A stretch of 62,279 nt of DNA, counting the filler, from Basidiobolus ranarum (taxonomy: Eukaryota): the NCBI GenBank assembly GCA_040143965.1. It is 28 parts of 28 records of this genome, joined end to end, with 100 filler letters (N's around TTAATTAATTAA, not from the genome) between each part and the next. Parts side by side here need not be neighbours in the genome. Positions count along the whole stretch, not along the records: positions 24,580 to 26,709 come from JASJQH010010615.1; positions 26,810 to 28,939 come from JASJQH010010616.1; positions 29,040 to 31,167 come from JASJQH010010617.1; positions 31,268 to 33,395 come from JASJQH010010618.1; positions 33,496 to 35,622 come from JASJQH010010619.1; positions 35,723 to 37,848 come from JASJQH010010620.1; 22 more parts are not named here. One strand, given 5' to 3'. Positions within the stretch are counted from its first letter, which is position 1. Every line of letters begins with the position of its first letter. The notes below the pieces were generated by a model. The model searched no databases, was not told where the DNA came from, and worked only from the letters and a program-made list of their open reading frames with translations. Position numbers and translations under genes: made by a program. Shown here piece after piece: positions 24,480 through 36,430 of the stretch.

Positions 24480-26964
24480 NNNNNNNNNNNNNNNNNNNNN
24501 NNNNNNNNNNNNNNNNNNNNNNNTTAATTAATTAANNNNNNNNNNNNNNNNNNNNNNNNNNNNNNNNNNNNNNNNNNNNGAAAATGTGATTGGATAGATA
24601 GATAGATAGATAAGTGAGTCATGCATCAGCTGAAGTCTTGGCAGTGAAAGATCATTGGTTAGGAATCTTGTGACTCAAATTGATTTGTGTTTAGGCAGAT
24701 GACTCAGAGATTAATACTGATTGGGAATTAGCAATGTGTCTTCAATATAAAGACAAATTATGTTAAAGGCACTTTGTTCTTTTTTGACCTAGAGTAAAAC
24801 TTTGGTTTCAGATAGTTTTGCATTGTTTTTAGAAATTCTAAGTGTAGTGACAATGTTCTAAGTAAATTCCTTATGAGAATAATGGATAATATCTTAGTGA
24901 AATAAAAGATAACTAAGTAGTAAGCTATATATGACTATATAGGTGTTTAGGCAATGCTAATTTCAACAACTATGAGTATACATTCACAAACAAAACTAAC
25001 ATGAACATTTAAGTATCATATGTTGATTACTTGCCACATCTCTTAAACAGAAGGGGTAAAATTAGTGCTTGAAGTGGGATAATAACAAAGAGGCACTCCC
25101 ATAATATAGATGAATCCTATACCTACCAAAGCCTCTTATGTTTAGGAGGTATTTAGCTTGAACCATATGAAAGGGACATAATCATTCAAGGAAATTGTTT
25201 ATTCGACAATAAACAAAGTTGTTGCCCTAGGCTGTTACATGGACGTACATCTTCGTAGTAGATATTTGAATGTTGAAGAGAATCTATCAACTGAATTCGG
25301 GAATAAGCCTCAAAAAACGAACGTTATGTACATGTATAGAAAATGGAAAGTGGGATATGGGGCAATCGAGGATCATGTGAACACATTCATTCTTGATGCT
25401 CACTGTTTCCCACAGCTAGTCCAGTTTGTTATCAGAGCTCTAGTCGCGCGACAAGTATTAGTGGGAAGATTTTTACAGTCAGCAATGTTCCGCTTGCTTA
25501 TTCATCCGGCTCCACTCCACCATCCAACATTGCCGCCCGACTGTACTTGAAGGAGACAATAGCCATTTATGGACGATGCTTAAATTGAATAGTGAGATAT
25601 ACCAAGATGTCCATAGTATCTCTGTCGCCCAGCAGCACTGTTTTGGAAGTTCAACAAAGATGTCAAATTAAAGCTCATCAACCCATTTGTTACCAACATT
25701 CGAGAACAGTAGTTCTGGTTCCATTCCACTCACAGCAGGTTTTATACTTATCTGGATGTAAAAACTGCTCTAATTAATTCCAATTTGGGGTGCCTACCTT
25801 AATTGACAACCATTGTGGTGGGTTCCATAGCTGTCAAATTAGAAATGGTAGTCGCTAGGATATATTCGTTCTCCCACGCAGGAGACAAAACATTTGAAGA
25901 CGCATTTTGAATGCAGAGCTGTCTGAAGAACGTATATCCATTGTTATGAACGATCCAAATGGTAATGGGCGAGGAATATGAATGGCCAGGCTCTCCTCTA
26001 AATTGATGACCAAAAAGGCTCTTTACTGATCTCTAACTAGACATGCCTATCTGTATCAACCATTGCTTGCTGCTTTTCCTCTTAGCTACCTGTGCTGTTT
26101 AACGAAGGAGACCAATTAAAGGGGATTCCTGATATTCTGTTTTAAGCTTTCGTTAGCAATTAGATTTGCATGTGTTCTCACTAAACAGTCGGAACCACTC
26201 AAAACAATGGTCAAATCCAGACAACAAGCATTGGATCTGTGCTAGATATCACCTGACCAACAACCGATCCGTGACTTCTGTGAGACCCACTCGAATGTTC
26301 AACACCAATCACCAAGGACTGGGCTTGTACAAGCTGGGAAAGCGAGGAAGGTGTTTGTGGTGAAGCGTGAGAGTTATGCGCAACAGATGCACTTAGCCTT
26401 GTTTTTAATCTCATGCAGCGTTCGCACAGTAGAGGAATTTTCGAGATCTGTCCTGGGATCAGAAACCAGGATAGGATGCTAAATATAGACATGGCCATGG
26501 TTTCAACGGGATGATTGGACAGAAACAAAAAGCAAAACTAGTATTTACTAGTAAGGCACGACGAGGGGTGTGGAAGAGACCGAGAGCACGAATGGAAGCG
26601 TTCGAATCGATCTCGCCTCCCCACCCACTTCCTTAAGAACACGCGGTCACTGCAGGAAATATAAGGGCATCTGAGCGATTCCACCGAAGCACCCATTCGT
26701 AGTGGAGATNNNNNNNNNNNNNNNNNNNNNNNNNNNNNNNNNNNNNNNNNNNNTTAATTAATTAANNNNNNNNNNNNNNNNNNNNNNNNNNNNNNNNNNN
26801 NNNNNNNNNCAACAGTGTCCCAAAGTCCTTTTTCTTGCAGCAGCATTTTCATTTTAATTTTTCAAACTTGATCATTGGTTCCATCCAATTTTTCAGAAGA
26901 GGGAAAAGTTTGATAAATTGGAGAAGCAGACATTACAGAGAGTGCAAGCTTGGGGCTCATAACC

Positions 26965-27297
26965 TGTTGAAATTATTTAGGGAGAAATATTGGTCTGGCC
27001 AGGATTTGAACCTGGGGCCTCCTTCACTCTAGCAAGGTGCTCTAACCACTGAGCTACCAGTCCTTGTATGCTATGCCTATATTGCTAGGGAACCTTAACC
27101 TAGTCTGTCAATGTATGGTACTTTGGCATTTCAGCTATACAAGCAACTGATTGGCCTTAGACTTTGTGTTCAGATGCAGTCACCATACTCCATATTTTCC
27201 TCTTTGGGAATTACTGCTTGTACCACAAGTCACCAGACTTTCAACATTCCCCCTCAAGCAGGATTTCCGGATTTAGCACTAACCGGGGCTCATAACC
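26965..27297 (-). mobile_element. TRIM-like unit: PBS (27285-27297), short spacer, PPT (27247-27258), 282-bp LTR-B (26965-27246) containing a tRNA-like sequence
   Basis: LTR bounded by TGTTGAAA...TTTCAACA; PPT CTTGAGGGGGAA; PBS GGTTATGAGCCCC on both sides. Confidence 0.8.
26991..27063 (-). tRNA. tRNA-like sequence (pseudo-tRNA, nominal anticodon AGA) inside LTR-B
   Basis: GGACTGG TA GCTC AGTGGTTA GAGC A CCTTG CTAGAGT GAAGG AGGCC CCAGG TTCAAAT CCTGG CCAGACC A, 73 nt. Perfect D and T stems and intact A/B boxes; one mismatch each in acceptor and anticodon stems; short variable arm unlike true tRNA-Ser. Confidence 0.8.
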
Positions 27298-27645
27298 TGT
27301 TAAAGTATTTGGGAGCCTGTTGGAAGTGGTTTGGAGAATTAGAGGAATTGGTGGTTTTCACTTATTGATTTATTGAGTAGAAAGTTGACATTTATAGTTT
27401 TGTCAAGATGTAGACAAGCTAACATATAGAATGTATTAAGGAAGGTCCCAGGAACATGTGTGCAAAGTTTGCGGCTTCTAGCACAAGTTTGAAAAACCTA
27501 TATATCTGAGAACTTCTAGGTTGGTAAGAAAATTCTAAGGAAATTCTGATTGAGAATCATGGATAATATCTTAGTGAGTTATAAGCTAATTAAGTACTAG
27601 GCTATATATGACTATATAGGTGTTTAGGCAAAGCTAATTTCAACA
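27298..27645 (-). mobile_element. Copia LTR-A (5' LTR); gag start of the same family at 26810-26950
   Basis: Full 348-bp TG...CA LTR adjacent to a PBS. Confidence 0.9.
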
Positions 27646-27764
27646 AGATCATGCCACACAATCCAGCCTGCTAACACACTATCTGGCACAATCTGCCAGT
27701 TACCATGGCTAGGCCCTATAACACACAATCAGAGACTATAAGGAACAATATGGCACTATCCCAC

Positions 27765-28939
27765 TGTTAAAGTACTTGGGAGCCGGTTGGAATTGGTTTG
27801 GAGAATTAAAGGAATTGGTGGTTTTCACTTATTGACTTATTGAGTAGAAAGTTGACATTTATAGTTTTGTCATGATGTAAACAGACTAATATGTAGAATG
27901 TGTTAAGGAAGGTCCCAGCAACATGTGTGCAAAGCTTGGGGCTTCTAGCACTAGTTTGAAGAATATATATATCTGAGAAATTTTAAGTTGGTAAAAATAA
28001 TTGAAGTAAATTCCAATTGAGAATAATGGATAATATCTTAATTCAATATAAGATAACTAAGTACTAAGCTATATATGTCTATATAGGTATTTAGGCAATG
28101 CTACTATCAACACTCTCCCTCAACTAAATAGTCATATAAACTAATCCTAATAAAGGTCTGAATTTCTCAAATTTGTGTCTAGCTAATGGTTTGGTTAATA
28201 TATCAGCAATCATGTCTTCAGCAGAAAAAAAAGTTAAGTCAATAAACTTATTCTCTACAGTCCTCTGATGAAGTGATGCTTAATATTTATATGTTTGATT
28301 CTATTATGAAACATGGGATTTTTTGCCAATATTATACAACTTTGATTATCTTGAAATATTGTAGTTGGTGAATTTTGAGAATAACCGATATTTGTTAAGA
28401 GTCTTGTTAACCATATTGCTTCTTTTGTTGCTTCTCAGGTAGCCGTGTATTCTGCTTCTGTTGTTGAAAGTGCTACAGTAGGTTTTTTCTTTGAATTCCA
28501 ACCAATAGCTCCATTACAGCAAAGATATAAGTACCCTATTGTAGATTTCCTGTCTTGAATATCTCTTGCCCAATTTGCATGTGAATATTCTATCAGAACA
28601 GAGTTTGATCCAGAATATGTGTATTTTAAGCACAGAACCACTGTATCTTTCAAATATCGGAAAATCCACTTATCTGCTATGATTTGATCAGATCCATAAT
28701 TTTGAAGATATTGGCACATACCTCCCACAGAATATGCAATATCTGGCCATGTTCTAACCATGATATACATGAAGTTACCAACCATAGATTGATAAGGAAA
28801 TTTCTGGCTTTCACTTGAATTCAAAAATATCTGATTTGAGCCATTTTTGGTCAAGTTAAGATTTGTCTCCATTGGGGTAGATACTGGATTACATTCTTCC
28901 ATTTTAAACTTCTTTAGTATATCTAGGATATACTTAGAC
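27765..28939 (-). mobile_element. Copia 3' end: RT/RNase H pseudogene, PPT (28113-28125), 3' LTR-A (27765-28112)
   Basis: MEECNPVSTPME, PYQSMVG, DRKSTIGY, VALSTTEAEY, MIADILTKPL; PPT AGTTGAGGGAGAG. Confidence 0.92.
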
Positions 28940-29039
28940 NNNNNNNNNNNNNNNNNNNNNNNNNNNNNNNNNNNNNNNNNNNNTTAATTAATTAANNNNN
29001 NNNNNNNNNNNNNNNNNNNNNNNNNNNNNNNNNNNNNNN

Positions 29040-29147
29040 TTAGAGCAATAAACACACGTTTTTGAATAACAGAATTGAGTGCTAAATAATCAGAATATGA
29101 ATAAACTAACTACTAAATAATGAGTTGCTATTTACCTAATTTCAACA
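29040..29147 (-). mobile_element. Copia LTR-D fragment inserted in gypsy gag
   Basis: Reverse complement of TGTTGAAATTAGGTAAATAGCAACTC... Confidence 0.8.
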
Positions 29148-30474
29148 ATGCACAGAGCTTTGTGGCTGAAGCTCTCTCCTTATCTGCATTTCCAAATGTC
29201 GCTTCCAGGTCAGCAAGAAAGGCAAAGAAACTTGAAAGAAGTGGAGATTAACTTTTCATCAAAGGAGCAAACCAAGGCAGAGCTGTTCCTGATAATAGTG
29301 TCCCACTGAGCCTACTTTTGTTTGGTCAGAGGGGTAGCAATGGGGATGTAACTCAATGATGAGCTTTACTTGGTTAATAAAACCATGATAGTTTTGGCAA
29401 GTGCCATCAAACTTATTTGGTAGGGAGATTTTGGGTTCAGGAGTTGGATTTGCAGTGTAGTTGGGTGGAGCTGGATTCTGCACTTGAGCAATAGAAGTAC
29501 AAAGTTCTTGGTTTTCTTGCTGAAGCTGAGTAAGAGCTTGCATAATATCCTCCATTGTGGGGGCTGGTGTAGACATAATACTTACTGCGTTGGCAGGGGG
29601 AAGTTTCAAAAACCACAAGTTTCTCTAGGAATGATAATCACAATGCAATGTCCAACTTTTGGTTGAAGAAATGATTAGCACTTTGACAAAAGAATATGCT
29701 GGTATTAACATCCTTTGATCTTGGTCAAGTACTAAAGCTTCTTTGATCAAAAACAACTGTAAACTCGACCAGTAATGTCTTGACAAGGATGCACGTAGAG
29801 CAATTATCCAAAGGTGGAAGGTACCTTTGCCTTAGCAGGGAAGCTTGGGAAAGATGGAAAATAAGAGGAAAGCCAACCCTGGGGGGTTTCAGGGTTGGAG
29901 AACAGGGATAGAGAGAAGTCTACAGGCAAGAATAAGTAGTATGATCAAACGGTCACAATAAGGAACTGGACCAGGACTGGAAACAATGACAAGAGGCTAG
30001 AAGGAAGGAGAGTAGTTGGGTGTGGACCACAAGACAAGACTGGACAGGGAAGATACTTTGGCAAGAATTTTTATTGATAACTGGCATTGATCAGACCTCA
30101 GTCCGATCAAGGAATACATGGGGCTTATATAGATATTGCAAGGTGAAACATAACATACTGAACAGGGAATATACTGTGGCAAGTTTGAGAGTTGGGATGT
30201 TGAGGACTACAAGGACCAATACAAAGAGGGATGATGTAGGATGATCAGGTGACCTTCCATGGAAAGTCTTGGTGGAAGTACACTTTGTGTGGGATGACAC
30301 AGTTGGTTAGGTTTTATAGAATATTACAAAAAACATGAGTTCCATGTAAGGTAATCTGGATGAACTGAAAGATGATTGCCAAGAAGGGATGACACAGCAG
30401 ATATGATGTCATAATTTAATAATAGAAGTGTTCTATTTGCAGTGGATCAATATGCCAAGATCAGAATCATGACA
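29148..30474 (-). mobile_element. Ty3/gypsy 5' end: LTR-C (29952-30474), leader, gag pseudogene (about 29148-29573)
   Basis: EPKISLPNKFDG...GFINQVKLIIELHP..YP is typical chromovirus-type gag. Confidence 0.85.
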
Positions 30475-31167
30475 AAATTTTGCATAGTTCCACACAAATC
30501 TGAATGAATTGGATCCAGTTTTTTGACAGATTTGATTAAACCAGAGCTCTTGAAAAGTTCCCCGGCTTGTTTTCCATATATATAACCCTCACAAATATCT
30601 ATTTTGATTGGGTGAATAATTTGAATTCCAGAAATTATGCAATTTTGATCATCTTGCTCAAATAATCAAATCCAATATGGCCAAATCTCTTATGCCATAA
30701 TTGAATAGTTTCTTGATTGGAATAACTTATATTTATACATAAATCTCTTGGATTATATGTAAGTTTGTATATGTTCCGAACCTTTTCTCCCAAAGACAAA
30801 TAATTCCCATTATGATCTTTGATAATGCATCCTGACTTATCCAAACTGAATTTTAACCCTTCTGTGATGGGCTTGCATACAGATATTAAATTCTTGGCAA
30901 TGTCTGAAACATGTAGTACATCTTTAAAAGTTTATAGTGTCTCTTCAGAAGCTCCAGTTAAATTGACTTGAACTATTCCCATTCCAACAGCAGCCAATGA
31001 GCAGTCATCTCCCATAAAAACGTTTTAATTGGGATTGCTTGAAAATCCACAAACCAATGTTTTTCATTTGTGAAATGTTGGGAAACTCCAGAATCAATAT
31101 ACCATGTCTGAGAATCCTTGTTGGTAGTCATAGATAGAGCAGATATGAACAAGTGATCTTCTGTTGT
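30475..31167 (-). mobile_element. Copia protease and pre-integrase pseudogene
   Basis: WYIDSGVSQHF protease motif; LWHKRFGHIG. Confidence 0.85.
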
Positions 31168-31267
31168 NNNNNNNNNNNNNNNNNNNNNNNNNNNNNNNNN
31201 NNNNNNNNNNNTTAATTAATTAANNNNNNNNNNNNNNNNNNNNNNNNNNNNNNNNNNNNNNNNNNNN

Positions 31268-32793
31268 ATGATGAATCAAGTCATCCTGATCATAACTAGC
31301 ATACTGCAGATTGATTGTTCATCAAGTGATGTGATTTGTCACTGGTGTGCCAAAACTACTGGTGTTTCATAATGCTGGAGCTGTTGGGCTCAATTGAAGA
31401 TCAGGATATTATGTCAGTGAGAGACAAATGATTGGCCTAAAAATATGTGAATGTCTAGGTTATGCATTTGATTGGGTAGGTTACAGTATAAATTGCTTAT
31501 TGTTATACATTCAGTAATTAAGAAGTTACAAATTAGGGGATGAACTTGCTTTGTCAGTTGCCCAAACTCTTAAATTGGCAATACTAAATTGGATAACTTG
31601 GTATGGGCTGGCATAATATCTCCAAAAAAAGCATCATGTCCTATTGTGATGGGATAGTGCTATATTGTTCCTTATAGTGACCAATTGAGTGCTATAGGAC
31701 CTAGCAATGGTAATTGACAGATTGTGCCAGATAGCAAAGTAGCCATTTTGATAGTTGATGATCTTAAATATGTTTCTGTTAAACTTTGCTCAACTATTGA
31801 TTTACTATGCAATTAGGGGATTACAATCTCTCCACTTACACTATTGCTGGAAAGGAACAAATCTAATAAGTTGATCAATGCTTTTTCATTAATTGAGATT
31901 GTTTCCTGCATATTAAAACCCTCCAAAGTGGAGAGTGGATTGCTAGGCTGCTCATCAATTAAGTACTCTGTTCTTGCTGGTTTTTCTCCTTTGGTGCCAG
32001 CAGGCTTTTGCTTTGAAGGTAATTTTTATTTAGATTTTGAATGCCATTTGAATGACATTGAAATTTTCAGATGGTAAACTTGCAGTAATGAAATTGCTTA
32101 GAAACAGTTTATAATAAGCCAAAATTGCAATCCATTACCAGAAATATCTTGCAAATTCCCTGATGACTCAACTGTGGCACCATCTCAGAAGCAGCTAATG
32201 ATACTGATGAGATATACCTAAACTACCAACTTAACATGCAAGGTATTCTTAGTTCTACAATATCCTGGTCATGCTGCAACATAAACATTTTGAGAAGCCC
32301 TGCTATTGTTGTCACAAATTCTGTTGCTATGAAAGCTGGAGGCTTCAAAAAAAAAATCACAAGGATGGTCACTGTACAAAGCCACCAGCTGCACAAAGCC
32401 TGGTGAATATCAACAGTAATAAGTGCACAGAATTGACCTTAGTTTTACCCACTGAGTCTACTGGCTGTGCTTTGCCTCAAAGTTTTAATTACATTGCCAA
32501 AAGTCAAGATACCATGGAGTTGCCACAGTAATGTGATCATAATGATGTAGGTAGAAATTTAACTTTGATCAAAACACTGAGTCCGGACCACTTAGAGGAC
32601 ATGTTGCTTAATGTTGACCTCAGTTATTCCAGTACTGATAGTAGTATATCAGAAGTTGAAGAAGATAATGGTCTTTTTATGAACACTTTGTTAATGGCAA
32701 GCATTAGTCCACTCATAAGACTTACAGTAAAGGAAGCAGCTTTGATTATTGAGGAGTGGAGAGTTCAATCCAATTGTAGCAACCAGGTGTTTA
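31268..32793 (+). mobile_element. CACTA-like element, upstream region and transposase N-terminus
   Basis: SPLIRLTVKEAALIIEEWRVQSN, shared with the 5594, 45996 and 51514 copies. Confidence 0.75.
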
Positions 32794-33395
32794 TGTTGAA
32801 ATTAGGTCAATAGCAACTCATTATTTAGTAGTTAGTTTATTCAAATTCTGTTTATTTAGCACTCAATTCTGTTATTCAAAAATGTGTGTTTATTGCTCTA
32901 ATTGACAGAAATATCAATTAGATCACTTTTACCAATTTTCACTATTTTCTCAAAACTTCTCCAAATCAACTCAAATTTTCACCCATGCTTAACAGTCATG
33001 TTTGTTATGATCTAAGCACGTCCAATAGTCCTATTTCATAGTAAACTATAAATAGGACATATTCAAATCAATAAAACTTAAGTGTCTAATTCACTAATCC
33101 AAATCTTGTCCAAAACACTTCCAAATCCCCTAAACACTTTTATCAGGTTATGAGCCCCAAGCAAGCTGTTAAAGGAATGTCTACCAGTACTATTACCAAT
33201 GTATTGCATCCACAGAGAAGTTTGATGGTGAAGACTTTCACCTTTGGAAGCTCAAGATGCAAATGGTGCTAGAAGACAAGGACCTTTGGGGATTTGTTAC
33301 AGGAGAAGAAATAGAGCCCAAGGGACCACCAGAAGCTATCCTTGCCTTTCACAAGAAGCAGCGGAAAGCACTCTCCACACTTTTCCTACATCTCA
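32794..33395 (+). mobile_element. Copia family D: LTR (32794-33145), PBS GGTTATGAGCCCC (33146-33158), gag start
   Basis: EKFDGEDFHLWKLKMQMVLEDKDLWGFV. Confidence 0.9.
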
Positions 33396-34600
33396 NNNNN
33401 NNNNNNNNNNNNNNNNNNNNNNNNNNNNNNNNNNNNNNNTTAATTAATTAANNNNNNNNNNNNNNNNNNNNNNNNNNNNNNNNNNNNNNNNNNNNTTGGT
33501 AAAAATGTTCTAAGTAAATTCCGATTGAGAATAATTGATAATATCTTAGTGAGTTACAAGATAACTAAGTACTAAGCTATATATGACTATATAGGTGTTT
33601 AGGCAAAGCTAATTTCAACATAGTCAACATGTATTTTGTATACCTTTCAAGTCAAATATGGTATACTTTGAATAACATTTTAACTTGCCTCACTTTACTC
33701 TCTTTGTTTTCGCTTTCAAAATGGGCTTCAATTTGCACAAGCTCTCAGCTAGTCTCAGAGAGTGGATGTTCACCAACTGAAAAGTGCTGATTATACATGT
33801 TATTCATTAAAAGCAAGTTTTGAGAGTAATATTCACAACCCACAATCAATTTTTATTTCACACCTGACTCAAGGTATATACAGCTTTTGTACCACACTTT
33901 CTATAGTAAAGAACTTGATTAGATTGTTTCTTGCCTTTCAACTAATAGCTTTATCCTACTAGCAAATCATACTACTAGCAATCTAGCTAATTAAGTTGCT
34001 TTTACTGAATACCATATAGAAGAAATATAACACTGGTCAGGATCCTCTTTAGAGATCTGCCAGACTTTTGCATAGTGTTTTGATTTAAGCATGTACCACT
34101 AGAGAGGAGTTACCATCATTGATGCATATTTGGCATATTAGTTGACTAAATCCAATATCCCTATTGTCCAATCCTACTGACATAATAACTATCTTATGTT
34201 GCTTAGTGTTGACATAGTACTCCAATCAGGTTACCATGCATGGTAATCCAGCTCTTGATAATGTTTTCTTCAACCCACCTAAACCTATCATGCCAAAAAT
34301 AGTATTTTTTCTGTTACCTTTCTGAAAACACCTAGATATAAAAACCAATTTGATATACAGAGGAAGGCTTGGTACATATTTCCATCATTTACCAATTGCC
34401 ACTTGCCCAGTAAATGCCAGAGCTCACATTTATGAGGTCTGGAAATCACATATAATAATGACTCTGAAATGTTTACTGACTGCCAAGCTCTCTAATAAAT
34501 CATGAGGGAAAAAATTGGTTTACTAATTGTTTAGTTCATTAACTTTGAACAGTCTTTTTGAAGACAATTCTCCAATGGACATCTTAAAAACAGAATATAT

Positions 34601-34947
34601 TGTAAGTGCTTTGGGAGCCTGTTGGAAGTAGTTTGGAGAACTAAACATATTGGTGGTTTTCACTCATGGATTCAATGAGTAGAAAGTTGACATTCATAGT
34701 TTTGTAAAAACATAAGAGAAAAACATGTTAAATGCATTAACAAAGGTCCAAGGAACATGGGTGCAAAGCTTGCAGCCTGTAATACAGGTTCAAAGAAATC
34801 TATATACTAGAGAACTTCCCTGTTGGTAGAGTTGTTCTGAGTAAATTCCAATTGGGAATAGTGAGTGATATCATAGTGAAAGAGAGGATAACTGACTGCT
34901 ATACTAAATGCAACTACACAGGTGTTTAGACAAAGGACACTTTAACA
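34601..34947 (-). mobile_element. Old solo LTR-A with 5-bp TSD TATAT
   Basis: Degenerate LTR-A; TATAT at 34596-34600 and 34948-34952. Confidence 0.7.
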
Positions 34948-35235
34948 TATATTGTAAACAACAAAAATTTAGCTCTGAAAGAAATACTAATGCTCAAGGA
35001 TGTATAATACATACTAGCAACTACTAATAAATTGCTTTCTGCTAGAAAATGTGCTGCTGAGTTACTACCATTGCAATTTTGTGGTAATAGGTGCTTATTT
35101 AATGCTCAGAATACTGTATATATGGCAACTGCATTTGTAGCATAGCAGAGCCAGTTTCAGCATAATCAAGGCCATGTAAGAGCCTTTGTTTTCAATTTTC
35201 TGTGAATTGATATAGAGTGTTGAAGAATAAAGTCC

Positions 35236-35622
35236 CCCTGACAAAAATAAAATTGATTTGATATGGATTGGATCCACCCTTCTGAATCACAGAACTGTCA
35301 GAGAACCATCACAATACTTGTGGCTTGCATTCTTCCAGTGATTTTGATGGTGAGATGTTGGCTTATTGATGTAATTTCACTGTACTCATACATGGTAAAA
35401 TATTGATCCTCATATTTGGCATGCATTATTTAATTTCCAACAATTATGGCAAAAAACTATTTTTCAAATGGCAAATTAATGGGTCTAATGCTATAGGAAT
35501 TCAAATTAGTATGCATGACTTTATTTAGATATTTTTGGCTTTGTATTCCAGCCATAATGAGAATCAAAAAATACAAGAATCTTGTTTTGTTTAGTCTCTA
35601 CATGTGCCCATACTTGACTGAT
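35236..35622 (-). mobile_element. CACTA-like right end
   Basis: Begins CCCTGACAAAAATAAAATTGATTTG. Confidence 0.8.
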
Positions 35623-36109
35623 NNNNNNNNNNNNNNNNNNNNNNNNNNNNNNNNNNNNNNNNNNNNTTAATTAATTAANNNNNNNNNNNNNNNNNNNNNN
35701 NNNNNNNNNNNNNNNNNNNNNNTTTACTAAGCACACATTTTGATATCACCAGATCAATCAAGATTTTCATGAAGTTGTTTTATTTATTTCCAACTCTATT
35801 CTGGTGTAGAATAATAAATCCATATATTTACCTGTTATGTTATGTGTATTGGCCATATCGTTGAAACAGCTATCTGCGAAACTAACAGCATAGTGGTAGT
35901 GATGAATTAGTTTTTATGTGCTTCGATTTTCCGAACACTCTTTCTACTCACTTAAAAGCATCTAACAGTCAAAGATTATCATTCAAAATCAAGTGGATAG
36001 CTAGAGAAGTTATCAGATAATATGTATAGTGTAATGTGACTAGGCCTAGATTAACAACACTTGTTTGGATAGTGTGTAATAGATCTTGGATGATAGAAAC
36101 ACCACTTGT

Positions 36110-36430
36110 TGTTGAAATTAGCATTGCCTAAACACCTATATAGTCATATATGGCTTAGTATCCAGTTATCCTATATTCCACTAAGATATCGCCCACTATT
36201 CTCAATCGGAATTTACTTAGAAGTTCTCAGATATATAGATTTTTCAAAGAAGCCCCAAACTCTGCACACATGTTCCTGGGACCTTCCTTTACACATTCTA
36301 CACGTTAGTTTGTTTACATCTTGACAAAACTATAAATGTCAACTGAATACTCGATAAATCAATAAGTGAAAACCACCAATTTCTCTAGTTCTCCAAACCA
36401 CTTCCAACAGGCTCCCGAAATACTTTAACA
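36110..36430 (+). mobile_element. Solo copia LTR-A
   Basis: TGTTGAAATTAGCATTGCC...TACTTTAACA; no clear TSD. Confidence 0.85.

Noticed and set aside
25230-26709. CpG-containing, gene-like sequence
   Set aside because: The frames I translated are interrupted by stops and I recognised no motif; possibly a pseudogene, needs BLASTX.
26991-27063. Functional tRNA-Ser(AGA) gene
   Set aside because: Stem mismatches, no long variable arm, and it lies inside an LTR; treated as a tRNA-derived promoter module.
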